In this document: in pieces, positions 40,418 through 50,887 of the stretch
Position numbering within the stretch: the first letter of the stretch is position 1
Layout: each line of letters starts with the position of its first letter
IMG/VR virus record: IMGVR_UViG_3300047284_000378
DNA length: 64,000 nt
From: a virus
Strand: one strand, 5' to 3'
Notes under the pieces: model-generated
Seen by the model: only the letters and a program-made list of their open reading frames with translations
Told to the model about the DNA's origin: nothing
The model's database searches: none
Translations under genes and position numbers: made by a program

Positions 40418-41147
40418 CGTTAAATTGTCTAGGAGTTCCGTACTTAATAGTTACGTAACATGAGTTTCCTAGATTTCTACCCATAGATGCTTGACCACAA
40501 AAGCTATCTATACCGTCAGGATGTCTAATTCTTCCTGCGTTTTGTTCTATTAACAAGGTTGAAGGCTCACCAAAATGCTCTCTAAAAAAATCAACATTAA
40601 GATATTGCAATTTCAGATTATGTTTATTAATCCAGGCATCGATATTCTTGCATTGAGTAGCTACTTCATTCCATACCTCTCCCCAATCTCTCTTATAAAA
40701 GTCATAGGCATCGTGTACGATATCGTGGCCGTCACAGACCTGCCACCATATCCACGACTTATGAGGCTCTTGTCTTGTGGTCAGGATATCGCACTCTGGA
40801 AAAAGTTTTTCGATGTGATCGAAAAAATAACTCCAATAGTGACTCTTGTGAGTTCTAACTATATAGGGGATTTCGCTTTCGTCCGGCACTTCGTCAGCAT
40901 AAGCAGAGTCCAGCATATTTTCAATTTCTTCTCTTGAATATTTGTCGAAATTTAAAACCCAATCGTATCCGGGTTCATTGCCTGGATTCCAATATGCACC
41001 TTGATGTCCGTGCCAATTTCTGTTCTTGTTAACATCTGAATTGTCTGTGTAAGGAGCGAATCCTGCTCTTAGTACTCTATCAGTACTAGACCACATCGCG
41101 CCGGGCGATCCAGTGATAAAAATTCTTTTTACTTTTGCTTTTGCCAT
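40395..41147 (-). CDS. Sulfotransferase-fold protein (TGxPGxxWS family)
   Basis: ITGSPGAMWS, HQGAYW-PG, THKSHYW. Confidence 0.6.
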   Translation of the reverse strand: MAKAKVKRIFITGSPGAMWSSTDRVLRAGFAPYTDNSDVNKNRNWHGHQGAYWNPGNEPGYDWVLNFDKYSREEIENMLDSAYADEVPDESEIPYIVRTHKSHYWSYFFDHIEKLFPECDILTTRQEPHKSWIWWQVCDGHDIVHDAYDFYKRDWGEVWNEVATQCKNIDAWINKHNLKLQYLNVDFFREHFGEPSTLLIEQNAGRIRHPDGIDSFCGQASMGRNLGNSCYVTIKYGTPRQFNVEKKDEN

Positions 41148-41692
41148 GTGAATACGTACCTTAATCCGTCAGTTAGTCTTACTGGTTTGATAATTTCAAA
41201 ATTATGTTTTCTTGTGAAATAAGCGATATCTGCCATAGTCCATTTATATATGGCAAACTTAGGTGGAGTGATTTCTTCTAAGACAGGATTTACTCTCATA
41301 TAAATTCTGCCTCCGGGTCTACACCAATAATCTAATTTTGCTATCTGACTTTCGATCACTTCGAAAGAATGTAGGTTAGTGGCCCCTAGTGCAATCACAA
41401 CGTCAAACGATTCTTTTTCTGCTTCGTAATCTAGCATATCAACAACCACATCTGCTGCGGTATTATATTTGTCTATTCCGATTAGGTTTTTTATTCTTCC
41501 CTTAAAAGGATGATAGCCGCAGCCCACGTCTAGGACTTTTTCGTCATCGTTTATATCTGCTACGATAGCATCGTATTCTACTACCGCACTGGGATACTTC
41601 TCTGGATCGAAAAACTTTGGTCTCCAGTATCCTTCTTTAGAAGGATCATTGCTGTTTGTAAAATATTCTTTTAGATAATTTTCGTGGTTCAT
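41129..41692 (-). CDS. Class I SAM-dependent methyltransferase
   Basis: VLDVGCGYHPF...IGIDKY...GGRIYMRVNP. Confidence 0.8.
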   Translation of the reverse strand: MNHENYLKEYFTNSNDPSKEGYWRPKFFDPEKYPSAVVEYDAIVADINDDEKVLDVGCGYHPFKGRIKNLIGIDKYNTAADVVVDMLDYEAEKESFDVVIALGATNLHSFEVIESQIAKLDYWCRPGGRIYMRVNPVLEEITPPKFAIYKWTMADIAYFTRKHNFEIIKPVRLTDGLRYVFTWQKQK

Positions 41693-42600
41693 AGAATATT
41701 ATATATCCTGGCTGCGTTGGTATAGCCTATCTTCTTGGCGATCGCAGGGTCTAGTTGATCTAATATACCTCTCCAAATCTTTACGATCGATTTGTAAGAT
41801 TTCCATCTTAGTTTTTTATGTGCATCAGTAGCGAACATCATTCGATCTTGATATTTTGTTATGAGATCAACCCATTCTGGCTTTATTACCCCGTCTAAAT
41901 CAATACATGCTCCGTCTACTTTTTCAAGAAAGTCAGGATTGACAATATTAAACCCACCTATGTCTTCGCCGGTATGGGCGATCCATAATGTTCTATATCT
42001 AACTAATTCTCTTTTACTTAGAGTAGGATATACATTCGGAAAGGTAGACAGCACATAATCAATCTGCTCGACGGTGGCGAAACCACAGTGAGGCCATATA
42101 AATTTAATATTTGGATAGGTTTTTAACATCCAACTAATATTTGGCCAGTCCCTTTCCCAATGATAAACTTCCCAATGGAACATCACTGGCACAGGATTTT
42201 TTGAAATTTCGTCAAATAGCTTCTTGACATTTGGAGATGAAGAATTTACATATCGCTCTAATGTTGGATTAACCTCTCCGTCGTACTTGTCAGCATGTGT
42301 AAACATTAGTTCGCCAACAAATTTTTGACCTTCTTTGTAAATTCCCTCTAGGATCTGAGACACATATACTTCTGTAAGATCATTTCTCTGATCATTTCTC
42401 TTGGCTGATCCCGGAATAACTCTATCTTTACAACTATCTATTAACATCTTTGCATGATGCCAACAGGCTCTTCCAGTTTTAGCTCGAGGAAATAACGCGA
42501 TATACTCTATTCCGGATTTATCTAAATCCGATAAAAACTGTTCTTTTGGCCACTCAAATTCTATTTGAGTCATCGCATCAATTAATTTTTCTGTATACAT
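41689..42600 (-). CDS. Amidohydrolase-superfamily (TIM barrel) protein
   Basis: MFHWE, WPHCG, MFATDAH, IGYTNAARIY. Confidence 0.7.
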   Translation of the reverse strand: MYTEKLIDAMTQIEFEWPKEQFLSDLDKSGIEYIALFPRAKTGRACWHHAKMLIDSCKDRVIPGSAKRNDQRNDLTEVYVSQILEGIYKEGQKFVGELMFTHADKYDGEVNPTLERYVNSSSPNVKKLFDEISKNPVPVMFHWEVYHWERDWPNISWMLKTYPNIKFIWPHCGFATVEQIDYVLSTFPNVYPTLSKRELVRYRTLWIAHTGEDIGGFNIVNPDFLEKVDGACIDLDGVIKPEWVDLITKYQDRMMFATDAHKKLRWKSYKSIVKIWRGILDQLDPAIAKKIGYTNAARIYNIL

Positions 42601-42603
42601 TGA

Positions 42604-43320
42604 TTAAATCTTATGTATAGTATTCTTGTCCGATTCTTGTAAGATCTTATCCGTTGCCTGAGAATTTATGCCGGTGACGACAAGAGTTGATCTGGGGAAT
42701 CTACTGGCATTTGCAGTAGCATGAGGAACATTAGGCCAATCGAAAATATGTACATCACCTGCTTTCCAGTGGCTGTAATGATGTGTACCGTATAGATAAA
42801 ACTGTCCCGGACGCCAATCTTCTAGCATTATTACGATTCTAGAAACAGTTTCAGGTTTATTCACATCCCTGACCTTTTCCCATAATTTGTCTATGTGAAG
42901 ATTAAACATCTGCCCAGGCATCTGAACATGTATCCAAGGCTTGTACCACTCTTTTTCCATCTTAAAGTAATTGGCCACAGAATTTAAAATAGGATAGTCT
43001 TCGATATAATCGTATCGATTGGCCATTTCTAATCCGGCAGGAGCGCCAGACTTTCGAAGATCATTCAATTCTTGTTCTAGCATATCAGAATATTGATCGG
43101 TTGAATCTCGATAATTCTTTCTGCTTTCCCAGGTAACGATTTTGTTTTTAGATTTCTCTATTACATCTTTTACTTCTTCGGCCCAATCGAGTTCGAATCT
43201 ACCCAGAGATCTAAACCATTCTCCTTCGTTGTCCTTTACAGTATCATCGAAATGATATTTGCTGTGAGACTTAGCCCATTCCCAACTGCTGCTATAATCA
43301 TCTTTTTCATTGAGTTTCAT
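42604..43320 (-). CDS. Cupin / Asp-beta-hydroxylase-like Fe(II) oxygenase
   Basis: QMPGQMFNLHID...WKAGD...PHATAN. Confidence 0.6.
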   Translation of the reverse strand: MKLNEKDDYSSSWEWAKSHSKYHFDDTVKDNEGEWFRSLGRFELDWAEEVKDVIEKSKNKIVTWESRKNYRDSTDQYSDMLEQELNDLRKSGAPAGLEMANRYDYIEDYPILNSVANYFKMEKEWYKPWIHVQMPGQMFNLHIDKLWEKVRDVNKPETVSRIVIMLEDWRPGQFYLYGTHHYSHWKAGDVHIFDWPNVPHATANASRFPRSTLVVTGINSQATDKILQESDKNTIHKI

Positions 43321-43537
43321 TTTTATGCTGCTCCAAAATTTTTCTACGTTCGAGTTCTTCTATTTCTTTTTCCATACGTATCATAAAGGCTTCGTCAGAC
43401 TCGTAGGTAGTTGACCAGATATATATTTTTCTAAAAATATCTTTGATACTATTCATCAACTGCATTTGGTCGCCTATAAATGTAAGTATTTTGCCGTCTC
43501 GCATCTCGCCTTCTTCCGTTTCTAGTACCCCAATCAT
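43307..43537 (-). CDS. Hypothetical protein
   Basis: ORF track. Confidence 0.5.
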   Translation of the reverse strand: MIGVLETEEGEMRDGKILTFIGDQMQLMNSIKDIFRKIYIWSTTYESDEAFMIRMEKEIEELERRKILEQHKNETQ

Positions 43538-44159
43538 CTAACCAAAATTTATTTACGAAATTGATATATTTTTGATTTGAATCATCTTTCAATATTTCTT
43601 CAAGTTTTTCTTCGGAGACCGATATAGGAAAATCTAATGTCTGAGACAACGACTGTAGATAAAGATCTCTGTAAAGAAAAAGTGATTCGGTACTTAAAAT
43701 TACCGGTTTGTATTTCAACAATGTATTTTTGTAAACGTCCATGAAGACAGGTAGCGTGATTTTTAATCTTACTCTCATCTGTTGGTTCTGGAGAATATTC
43801 TTATCTCTAGAAATGATAGCTACCTTTACATCGAATCCGGCTTTTTTAGCATAATCAATAAATTTATCATAGTCCGGCAACTGCATGGCTTTTGAATCAT
43901 CTATGATTGATCCGTTGCTGCCTTTCCAAATAAATGGGCAGCTGGTATTAGTAACATAATGAGTATGGGGCCAGTCTAGCTCTAGAAATATAGAAGGATC
44001 TTTCCATACATCTGAGAAAGGTTCGAGGCCGTGACTCAACCAATATTCTGTTCTAAGTTCTTCCCAACCCTGTACTTCCGGACTTTCTGCGAATATCTTA
44101 CTCCAAAGATGATTGCCTGCGCCCTGTGGTCCGGTTACTATTAAAAGTTTTTTACTCAT
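43449..44159 (-). CDS. Sulfotransferase-fold protein (GPQGxGNH family)
   Basis: LLIVTGPQGAGNHLWS; ISRDKNI. Confidence 0.55.
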   Translation of the reverse strand: MSKKLLIVTGPQGAGNHLWSKIFAESPEVQGWEELRTEYWLSHGLEPFSDVWKDPSIFLELDWPHTHYVTNTSCPFIWKGSNGSIIDDSKAMQLPDYDKFIDYAKKAGFDVKVAIISRDKNILQNQQMRVRLKITLPVFMDVYKNTLLKYKPVILSTESLFLYRDLYLQSLSQTLDFPISVSEEKLEEILKDDSNQKYINFVNKFWLDDWGTRNGRRRDARRQNTYIYRRPNAVDE

Positions 44160-44721
44160 TCTTAAGTCCTGTGACAAAACAACTATAGCGATTATTATTT
44201 CCGTTGGCAACTTCTTCGGCGTCAACATCTTTGTCTACATGAAAAATTTCCACAGTTTTGTCTTTTAAAAATGTTTCAACCTTTTCATATTGTTGTACAA
44301 TACGCTGTTCTAACTTCGCCGGATCCAAAGGAGTTTTACTCCTCTGCATCAGAGCTTCTCTCAACTTTCTCTTATAATTAGGCTTATTTTTAAATGTTAC
44401 AAAGAATTCACAGTCCTTATAATGTTCGTAGAGTCTATCGATACACTCGGCTAACTCCCATCCGTAATAAACAAATGTGGTTTCTCGAAAGTAGGTAAGA
44501 TGCTCGTTAATCGTTAAAATAATCCTGTCAAAAGGATCAGCATCTAGATCCATTCTAGACACAGCTCCAAATTTAAAGAATACTCTTTTTCCTTCTAGTT
44601 CTATATTAAAAATTTTATCGGCATGATCGATAAAAAATTCTTTTCCTTGTCCCATAGGAGCTATTATGAAAACAACTCGATTAGAAGTTTTTGAAACGAT
44701 TTCCATTTTATTTTTTATCAT
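44152..44721 (-). CDS. P-loop-like protein
   Basis: VVFIIAPMGQGK. Confidence 0.45.
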   Translation of the reverse strand: MIKNKMEIVSKTSNRVVFIIAPMGQGKEFFIDHADKIFNIELEGKRVFFKFGAVSRMDLDADPFDRIILTINEHLTYFRETTFVYYGWELAECIDRLYEHYKDCEFFVTFKNKPNYKRKLREALMQRSKTPLDPAKLEQRIVQQYEKVETFLKDKTVEIFHVDKDVDAEEVANGNNNRYSCFVTGLKNE

Positions 44722-45370
44722 CCTCTATAAGATCTTCAATGGTCAGACCCACAGTTGTATGAGAATCCAGCCAATAGCTTTCAACGTATTTAAGATACTT
44801 TTCGTTAGGGCTTCCTTCTATGAATTTTAAAATATCGGGATTATCATAATCCACAGGAAAGTCTAATAGCTTTTCTAAATATTTTAAGTATTCGATTTTA
44901 TAAGCAAAAAAAGTTTCTAGACTTATAAAGTGTACTGGAAATTCACTCTTCAAAAGATCATTTACGATAAAACTCTTAGCAGAATCAATAGTGGGCCCTG
45001 AACGAATTCTCTTTTGTTGTAGCTTATTGATGCCTTCATCTCTGGTAATGATTCCGAACTTGACATCGATATCCCAGTCTCTAACAATTCTTGCGAATTC
45101 GAGAACTTTAGGATTGTACCTCATGCCGTCAAAATTTACCGGGTAACTTACATCAGTAGCAAAAAAATCGTGACTGTCAAAATAGTTACGTTTCAACAAC
45201 TGCGGATATATCCAATACTCTGCCAAGGGTTCACGTTGATGTTTGACAAAATATTGATTTTTTAACTCGTCCCATCCTTTTACCTTGTCGTGCAGACTAA
45301 AAACTCTGGCAAACAGGTGGTTGCCAGAGCCTTGGGGACCGACTAAAATAAGCATTTTTTTCGTTGACAT
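44708..45370 (-). CDS. Sulfotransferase-fold protein (GPQGxGNH family)
   Basis: MLILVGPQGSGNHLFA; ITRDEGI; paralogue of 43449 ORF. Confidence 0.55.
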   Translation of the reverse strand: MSTKKMLILVGPQGSGNHLFARVFSLHDKVKGWDELKNQYFVKHQREPLAEYWIYPQLLKRNYFDSHDFFATDVSYPVNFDGMRYNPKVLEFARIVRDWDIDVKFGIITRDEGINKLQQKRIRSGPTIDSAKSFIVNDLLKSEFPVHFISLETFFAYKIEYLKYLEKLLDFPVDYDNPDILKFIEGSPNEKYLKYVESYWLDSHTTVGLTIEDLIEDDKK

Positions 45371-45429
45371 AACTGTAGAATAAACCTGTATTAACTACTA
45401 CTATTTACACGTTATCAACTCAGCCCGAG

Positions 45430-46497
45430 TTACTTCTTGATAACTAGCTGCGGCTTATATTCACTCTTGAAACCGTAGGCATTATCGTGCCAGTAAACTA
45501 AGGTCTGCAATTTCTTCTCAGTGACTTCTCTTCTAAGTGTATCGACTACAGCATTACCGTCGTTGCCTATGATCCATTCGTATTTTCCGGTATCGTTTTC
45601 CAGTGCTTTGGCTGCTTCTGGATCACTGACCATTTTGCGTACCGCTTCACGTAGTTTTTCTGTGTTAGGATTCCCCTTGTTAACCCAAAGAGCCTTTTGC
45701 AGAACATCTCTAAATTCTCTGCTTAGCCTGTAAGCTTCGTAGAATTCACCTCTAGGAGCAACTCCGTGTGCTTTACGGAACTGTGCTTCAAAAGTATAGC
45801 CTGGTTCGAAATTAGGATCATCATTTACACGCTTAGTTTTTAAATCATAGATGCCATGATGAAACCAAAGAATGTTATTTTTATCTTCAGAATAATATTT
45901 GTTCCAGGCTACTGTTGTTTCTCTAGTGGTATTAAGTTCACCACGCTGGAATCCCAGTCTTCTTTCCGGACCAGAAAGACCGTTGACCCAAACGATTCTT
46001 TGTTTAAAACAATTGAGATAATCTTCTTTGGCAGGTAGATTCCCACAGAGCAACATGATCACAGCCATACCGTCTGGTTCCATACCGCTACCGTTAGCAA
46101 TCTTTAATTTAGCAGTTTTCAGATCGATATCTTTCTTAACACCGACCATGATGTTAAGATTTTGCATGCCTATGCTGTCATAATTTTTGTAGTCGTATTC
46201 AACTCGGTCGACAAGATAACTCACACCATTGCCGCCATGGCTGACCATGATAGTTTTGTTATCAAATCGTAGTTTGTTATGGAATTCGTTAAAGCCTTGG
46301 ATATCCTTAGCACCTGGAAGATGCTGTACCACTACAGTCTCTCCTAGTTGTTTTTCCAAATGTTTAGCGATGATACCAGCCCATACTGCTGTTCCCTGTC
46401 CTGGACCTTGCGGGACGATCAATCTATATTCAGCATTGGCCGTGCTAGACAGCCCCAGGGCCACTAAAGCTGTGGCAATTAGTTTTATAACCTTCAT
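45430..46497 (-). CDS. Tripartite tricarboxylate transporter substrate-binding protein (TctC/Bug-like)
   Basis: Signal peptide; LIVPQGPGQGT---...KQLGETVVV-H-PGA. Confidence 0.7.
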   Translation of the reverse strand: MKVIKLIATALVALGLSSTANAEYRLIVPQGPGQGTAVWAGIIAKHLEKQLGETVVVQHLPGAKDIQGFNEFHNKLRFDNKTIMVSHGGNGVSYLVDRVEYDYKNYDSIGMQNLNIMVGVKKDIDLKTAKLKIANGSGMEPDGMAVIMLLCGNLPAKEDYLNCFKQRIVWVNGLSGPERRLGFQRGELNTTRETTVAWNKYYSEDKNNILWFHHGIYDLKTKRVNDDPNFEPGYTFEAQFRKAHGVAPRGEFYEAYRLSREFRDVLQKALWVNKGNPNTEKLREAVRKMVSDPEAAKALENDTGKYEWIIGNDGNAVVDTLRREVTEKKLQTLVYWHDNAYGFKSEYKPQLVIKK

Positions 46498-46507
46498 GGT
46501 TTTCTCC

Positions 46508-47956
46508 TTAGTGATATTCTAGACCTCTATTCGGTCGTGTAATACTATAGATCGCTATTCCGATAGCTATGGCTATCAATGAAAGGAACAACGGTCTAGA
46601 TAACAAATCTTCTGGTGTGTAGAGAGTAAATGTTTGTAGAGTGAGTTTTTCTAGTCTTTCTGATAATATAAATGCTACCATTATCGCTGGACGACTGATG
46701 CCGGTATATTTACAGACCAAACCTAACAGGCTACACAATATCAACATATAGATATCGTTTATAGTGCCTGTGTACTCTAAGCAACTCCAAAATATCACTG
46801 ATAGGATCAGTGATGCATATATCCAATATGGTATTTCTAACAATTTAACCACTAGCCTTGTAGTGAACATAGCCAAGAACATGACTAGAATAGTGCTGAT
46901 GATAAACGAAGCACCCAAACTCCATAAGAACTTTGAGTCTTGTAGCAGAGCAGGGGTTCCTAATTCTATTCCAAAATACATACATATGGCCATCATCACT
47001 GCTGCGAATGGTGCTGCTGGAATACCAAATAACACCGTAGGTACTAGGCTACCGGCTTTTTGTGCATTATTGGCACCTTCGCAGCCCAGGAGTCCTCGGA
47101 CATTGCCGTTACCGAATTTTTCGTTAGGATACTTGGCCACCGTCGCTCCGTAGGCCATGATGTCTCCGATAGTTCCGCCTATGCCCGGCAATAGTCCTGT
47201 AAAGAATCCAATAACTCCTCCGCGCATCATATCTCTGCGATAAGTCCAACAGTCTTTAAACCCCTGGAATAACTGTCCCCAATAATCTACTATCGGTGCA
47301 GCTCTTAATTTTTTATTCCTAAATCCTTCAACGACTTCGGGAATACCGAACAGTCCTGCGATCAGGGGTATGATCTGTATTCCTGCTTCAATATATTGCC
47401 AGCCCCCTGTCCATCTAGGAGCATTTGTAGATGGATCTAGTCCTATCATTCCTATAAAAATACCAACTGCTATGCCTACAATACTGAGCCAAAAGTTTTT
47501 ACTAGCGATAAATCCCACACATGACAAGGCGATGATCATGAATGCCAACATGTCCGGTGTGCTCAATTTCATGATCAACATACCGTACAAGGGCATCAGT
47601 GCGAATGCTACTAGTCCCCAGAACACACCGTTAATGGTAGAATCCATGATAGCCACACCTATAGCTCGAGCAGCCTGACCATTGAGACTCATCTGATAGC
47701 CGTCTATTATTGAAGCTGCTGTGGTATTTGAACCAGGTATGCCTGTTAATATACTAGTAAAAGAATCTCCTGTACTAGATGCTGCGATAAGACTAGTTAG
47801 GAAGACCACTCCAAGATATGGGTTAGCTAAAAACTGATCTGATAGAGCAAACACTGTTAACAGTCCAGTGGTCGCGCCTGCCATAGGAATAATTCCAATA
47901 AGGAGACCATATGCTGTCCCTATGAATATCCAAAATGCGTAGAGTAGTAGTTCCAT
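46508..47956 (-). CDS. tctA: Tripartite tricarboxylate transporter large permease TctA-like
   Basis: GIIPMAGAT, ILTGIPGS, GLLPGIGG, EGANNA, P-VLFGIP; many TM helices. Confidence 0.85.
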   Translation of the reverse strand: MELLLYAFWIFIGTAYGLLIGIIPMAGATTGLLTVFALSDQFLANPYLGVVFLTSLIAASSTGDSFTSILTGIPGSNTTAASIIDGYQMSLNGQAARAIGVAIMDSTINGVFWGLVAFALMPLYGMLIMKLSTPDMLAFMIIALSCVGFIASKNFWLSIVGIAVGIFIGMIGLDPSTNAPRWTGGWQYIEAGIQIIPLIAGLFGIPEVVEGFRNKKLRAAPIVDYWGQLFQGFKDCWTYRRDMMRGGVIGFFTGLLPGIGGTIGDIMAYGATVAKYPNEKFGNGNVRGLLGCEGANNAQKAGSLVPTVLFGIPAAPFAAVMMAICMYFGIELGTPALLQDSKFLWSLGASFIISTILVMFLAMFTTRLVVKLLEIPYWIYASLILSVIFWSCLEYTGTINDIYMLILCSLLGLVCKYTGISRPAIMVAFILSERLEKLTLQTFTLYTPEDLLSRPLFLSLIAIAIGIAIYSITRPNRGLEYH

Positions 47957-48130
47957 AAAAATATAAGATTGTTAACTGTTATATATCGAACCGGTAAAAA
48001 ATTTTAATGTTTCTTGGTTTTTTTATCCGGGCTTGAAAAAATCAGACTTTTTAAATTTTTTTTACGGTAAATTTATTTTTTATGAATCTGTCTTTGTTGT
48101 AAATAACACAGACATTACAAAGGATCGATC

Positions 48131-48841
48131 ATGGTAGACGAAAGTAAAATTATTTTTTATACTGGTGCGCCCGGTAGTAAATGGAGTGCTACTGCTCATC
48201 TTATAACCAAAAATAAAAAATATCCTATCAATACTTCGGATTATGCACCTGACAAGATCTATACACACAAAGGTTCACAGATTTCACATCAGGGTGCCTA
48301 TTGGGGTCCAGGTAACGGTATCGGAGAAAACTTTCATCAACTACATACCATGACCAAAGAAGAAATCCTAGAAGAAATCGACAAACCGTATAAAGATAAG
48401 AGTTGGAACGAATATCGACTGATCAAATGTCACCACTTTAGTTCGCAGCTCGAGTGGATCAAAGATAACTTTCCGGAAAGCAAGATACTCATAGTTCTTC
48501 GACCCGATAACACTTGTCTTAGAGGATGGCTGGCCACAGGCGGATTTACTGACATCACCTACCCAAACTACTCTGTATTTTACAAAAATAAGTTTGTTCT
48601 TGAAGAAAAAATCATAGAAGAGAATAATGCTGCTAGAAAATTCATCTATGATCATGACCTCGATCTAAATGTAGTAAGGAAAAAATACTGGAAAAAATGG
48701 TGGGGCGTTGACTGCGATACGGAAGAAAAAGAAACCTATATGTCTTCTCTGGAACGAAGAATGGATTCAAACGAAATACAGGAAGTCTATAGATTTGATG
48801 TTACTATCGCAGATTATAATTTCAAAGATTTATCTTCGTAG
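48131..48841 (+). CDS. Sulfotransferase-fold protein (TGxPGSxWS family)
   Basis: YTGAPGSKWS, HQGAYWGPG, RLIKCHHF, VLRPD. Confidence 0.6.
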   Translation: MVDESKIIFYTGAPGSKWSATAHLITKNKKYPINTSDYAPDKIYTHKGSQISHQGAYWGPGNGIGENFHQLHTMTKEEILEEIDKPYKDKSWNEYRLIKCHHFSSQLEWIKDNFPESKILIVLRPDNTCLRGWLATGGFTDITYPNYSVFYKNKFVLEEKIIEENNAARKFIYDHDLDLNVVRKKYWKKWWGVDCDTEEKETYMSSLERRMDSNEIQEVYRFDVTIADYNFKDLSS

Positions 48842-50083
48842 ATCAAAATATCTATCTTTGTCAAGTTTCCAAACTACCTGACGGACACCGAATACTTCTT
48901 CCTCTCCGCAGTTAACTACCATACCGCCTTTCTCCATTTGGAAGAACGATCGGTGTACCCTAGACATACTTCCGCTGGCATCGTTGTCTATATTGGTTGT
49001 AATATAGATCGGGACATCTTTTCCTGAAATAGATTCAGCATACTCTATCTGCAAAGGCAACTGCGAGTGAACACAGTATGACTGCATCTGGTACCTATTA
49101 AGACCCTGTATAGGCCTAGTTTCTGTTTGAGCTCCCCTAAACAATGCTCGCCAGCCGTCCTTAAACGGATGGATTCCGCTGATAGAAATAATCTTATGAT
49201 CTTTGACGGTCACCCACCAGGATCCATTCTGTTCTAGACACCAACTGAATCTCATAGCTGACAAAGAATTATTATTATGATATCCTAGATCATCGCAGGT
49301 GCTGCAAAAATCTTTTAACATGATCATGTCTTTTCTTTCTAGCTTTTTTGTAATAACAGTTGGCTGGAACGAATCCTCCTTTACGAAATCATGTACCTTA
49401 TTATAATTCTGTTCGTTAGCTGTTAGATCAAAATGTCTACATAGATCTTGGAATTTGTCGTAGTCTAGTAGTTGTTCGATGTCATCTATGACATAATCCT
49501 GCTCTTGGATATTTGATTTGTAATTGTCTAATAACGAATTAATATATGTTTTAATCCAAGTTTCGTAGCCAATGTCTAAATGTAGACTTTCAAAATGCTG
49601 ATAAAATGTTTTTTTCTTTGGGTCAGCATAAGAATAAACAAAATTTGCGGTAGTTTTGATGAATCTATTCACTAGCTTATCTACATCACTGCACAAAACC
49701 ACTAGATGTTTAGAGTCTTTGAATAGCTGCTTACTAGCATCTAGTCTTGCATGTAAAGGATAAACACAATAAAAAGGAGATATTTTCTTTGACCAGCTGT
49801 CAAGAATCTGCCGTTCATCTAAGCTATATTGATTTCTCTCAGCCATATCTAGCACAGGAGGAATAGTAAAATCATCTATGCCTATGCCGCTGGCACCTCT
49901 GAACCTACGATCGAAGTGAAATTTAGAAATATTTCCCATGTCCATACCCATGGCAGGTAACCACGGATGATCACCATTCTTGAAATGATCGTACCATCGA
50001 ACATTATCGCAAGAAGCCAGCAACCTGCCTATCTGGTGACCTTTGGCTCCTGGTACAAATATTATAGGAATGATATTCTGCAT
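48830..50083 (-). CDS. Two-domain protein: P-loop-like N-domain plus GNAT-like C-domain
   Basis: IFVPGAKGH; C-terminal KIISISGIH...RALFRGAQ...IYITTN. Confidence 0.5.
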   Translation of the reverse strand: MQNIIPIIFVPGAKGHQIGRLLASCDNVRWYDHFKNGDHPWLPAMGMDMGNISKFHFDRRFRGASGIGIDDFTIPPVLDMAERNQYSLDERQILDSWSKKISPFYCVYPLHARLDASKQLFKDSKHLVVLCSDVDKLVNRFIKTTANFVYSYADPKKKTFYQHFESLHLDIGYETWIKTYINSLLDNYKSNIQEQDYVIDDIEQLLDYDKFQDLCRHFDLTANEQNYNKVHDFVKEDSFQPTVITKKLERKDMIMLKDFCSTCDDLGYHNNNSLSAMRFSWCLEQNGSWWVTVKDHKIISISGIHPFKDGWRALFRGAQTETRPIQGLNRYQMQSYCVHSQLPLQIEYAESISGKDVPIYITTNIDNDASGSMSRVHRSFFQMEKGGMVVNCGEEEVFGVRQVVWKLDKDRYFDLRR

Positions 50084-50814
50084 TAGCCTTTTCTCGGCTG
50101 ATTAAGATCCACGTCAGTGTTGGTCCTGCCTAGATAAAACAGAGTTCCTCCAACGTCAACTACTCGATCTTTAGTTCCGTACCAATCATCATAGATACAG
50201 ATATCCCCTTTGACATATAACTCCCCGTTCCTGATGTCAGTATCACAGAACTTGGTATCTCCCATTATGGTAGAATGTAAAGGTCCTAATGATGCGTATC
50301 TATCAACGGTATCTACCGAATCGAATTCTTTATTGATAGCCAATGGGCCTATCTCTGTCATGCCCCAATTGGTTATAAATCTAGCTCCCTGTGCCACAAA
50401 TGTTCTAACGATATCCCAGGTAACTGGATCTGCACCGCAGGTGATCGTGATACCATTTAGGTCTAGATTATAGAAGTTTTTGGTAGACATTATAGCTTTG
50501 GCATGTAAAGGAGTTATGTGAGTATGTGTATAGTTCTTGATATCTCTAACCCAATCATAGGCGCTGAAGGCTACAATATCTACTTTGGCTCCTATTTCCA
50601 AACCTGGTAATGTCTGAGCTAATAGACCGCCTGCATGGGTGATCTTACAACAGGTATAGATACTACTATGCTTATCGATACCCTGAACCTGTCTAGCCAC
50701 TGAGTTGGCTGCTTTCAATTTTTTAGGAGACTGATAGAATTCTTTGGCCGTACCGCTGGTTCCAGAACTCTGTATAGTAATTCCATTTTTTAGGATAGTT
50801 AAGTAATCGATCAT
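50083..50814 (-). CDS. Minimal AMP-binding (ANL family) acyl-activating enzyme
   Basis: SSGTSGTAK, WGMTEIGP, ELYVKG, WYGTKD, GRT. Confidence 0.75.
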   Translation of the reverse strand: MIDYLTILKNGITIQSSGTSGTAKEFYQSPKKLKAANSVARQVQGIDKHSSIYTCCKITHAGGLLAQTLPGLEIGAKVDIVAFSAYDWVRDIKNYTHTHITPLHAKAIMSTKNFYNLDLNGITITCGADPVTWDIVRTFVAQGARFITNWGMTEIGPLAINKEFDSVDTVDRYASLGPLHSTIMGDTKFCDTDIRNGELYVKGDICIYDDWYGTKDRVVDVGGTLFYLGRTNTDVDLNQPRKG

Positions 50815-50852
50815 GTTTGGTGCCCTAGATTAAATATTTAATGCGCATTAGG

Positions 50853-50881
50853 TTGTTCTTATCAATTTAAGAATATATAAT
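50853..50881 (+). promoter_or_regulatory. sigma70-type promoter
   Basis: TTGTTC-17-TATAAT. Confidence 0.6.
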
Positions 50882-50887
50882 ATCATT

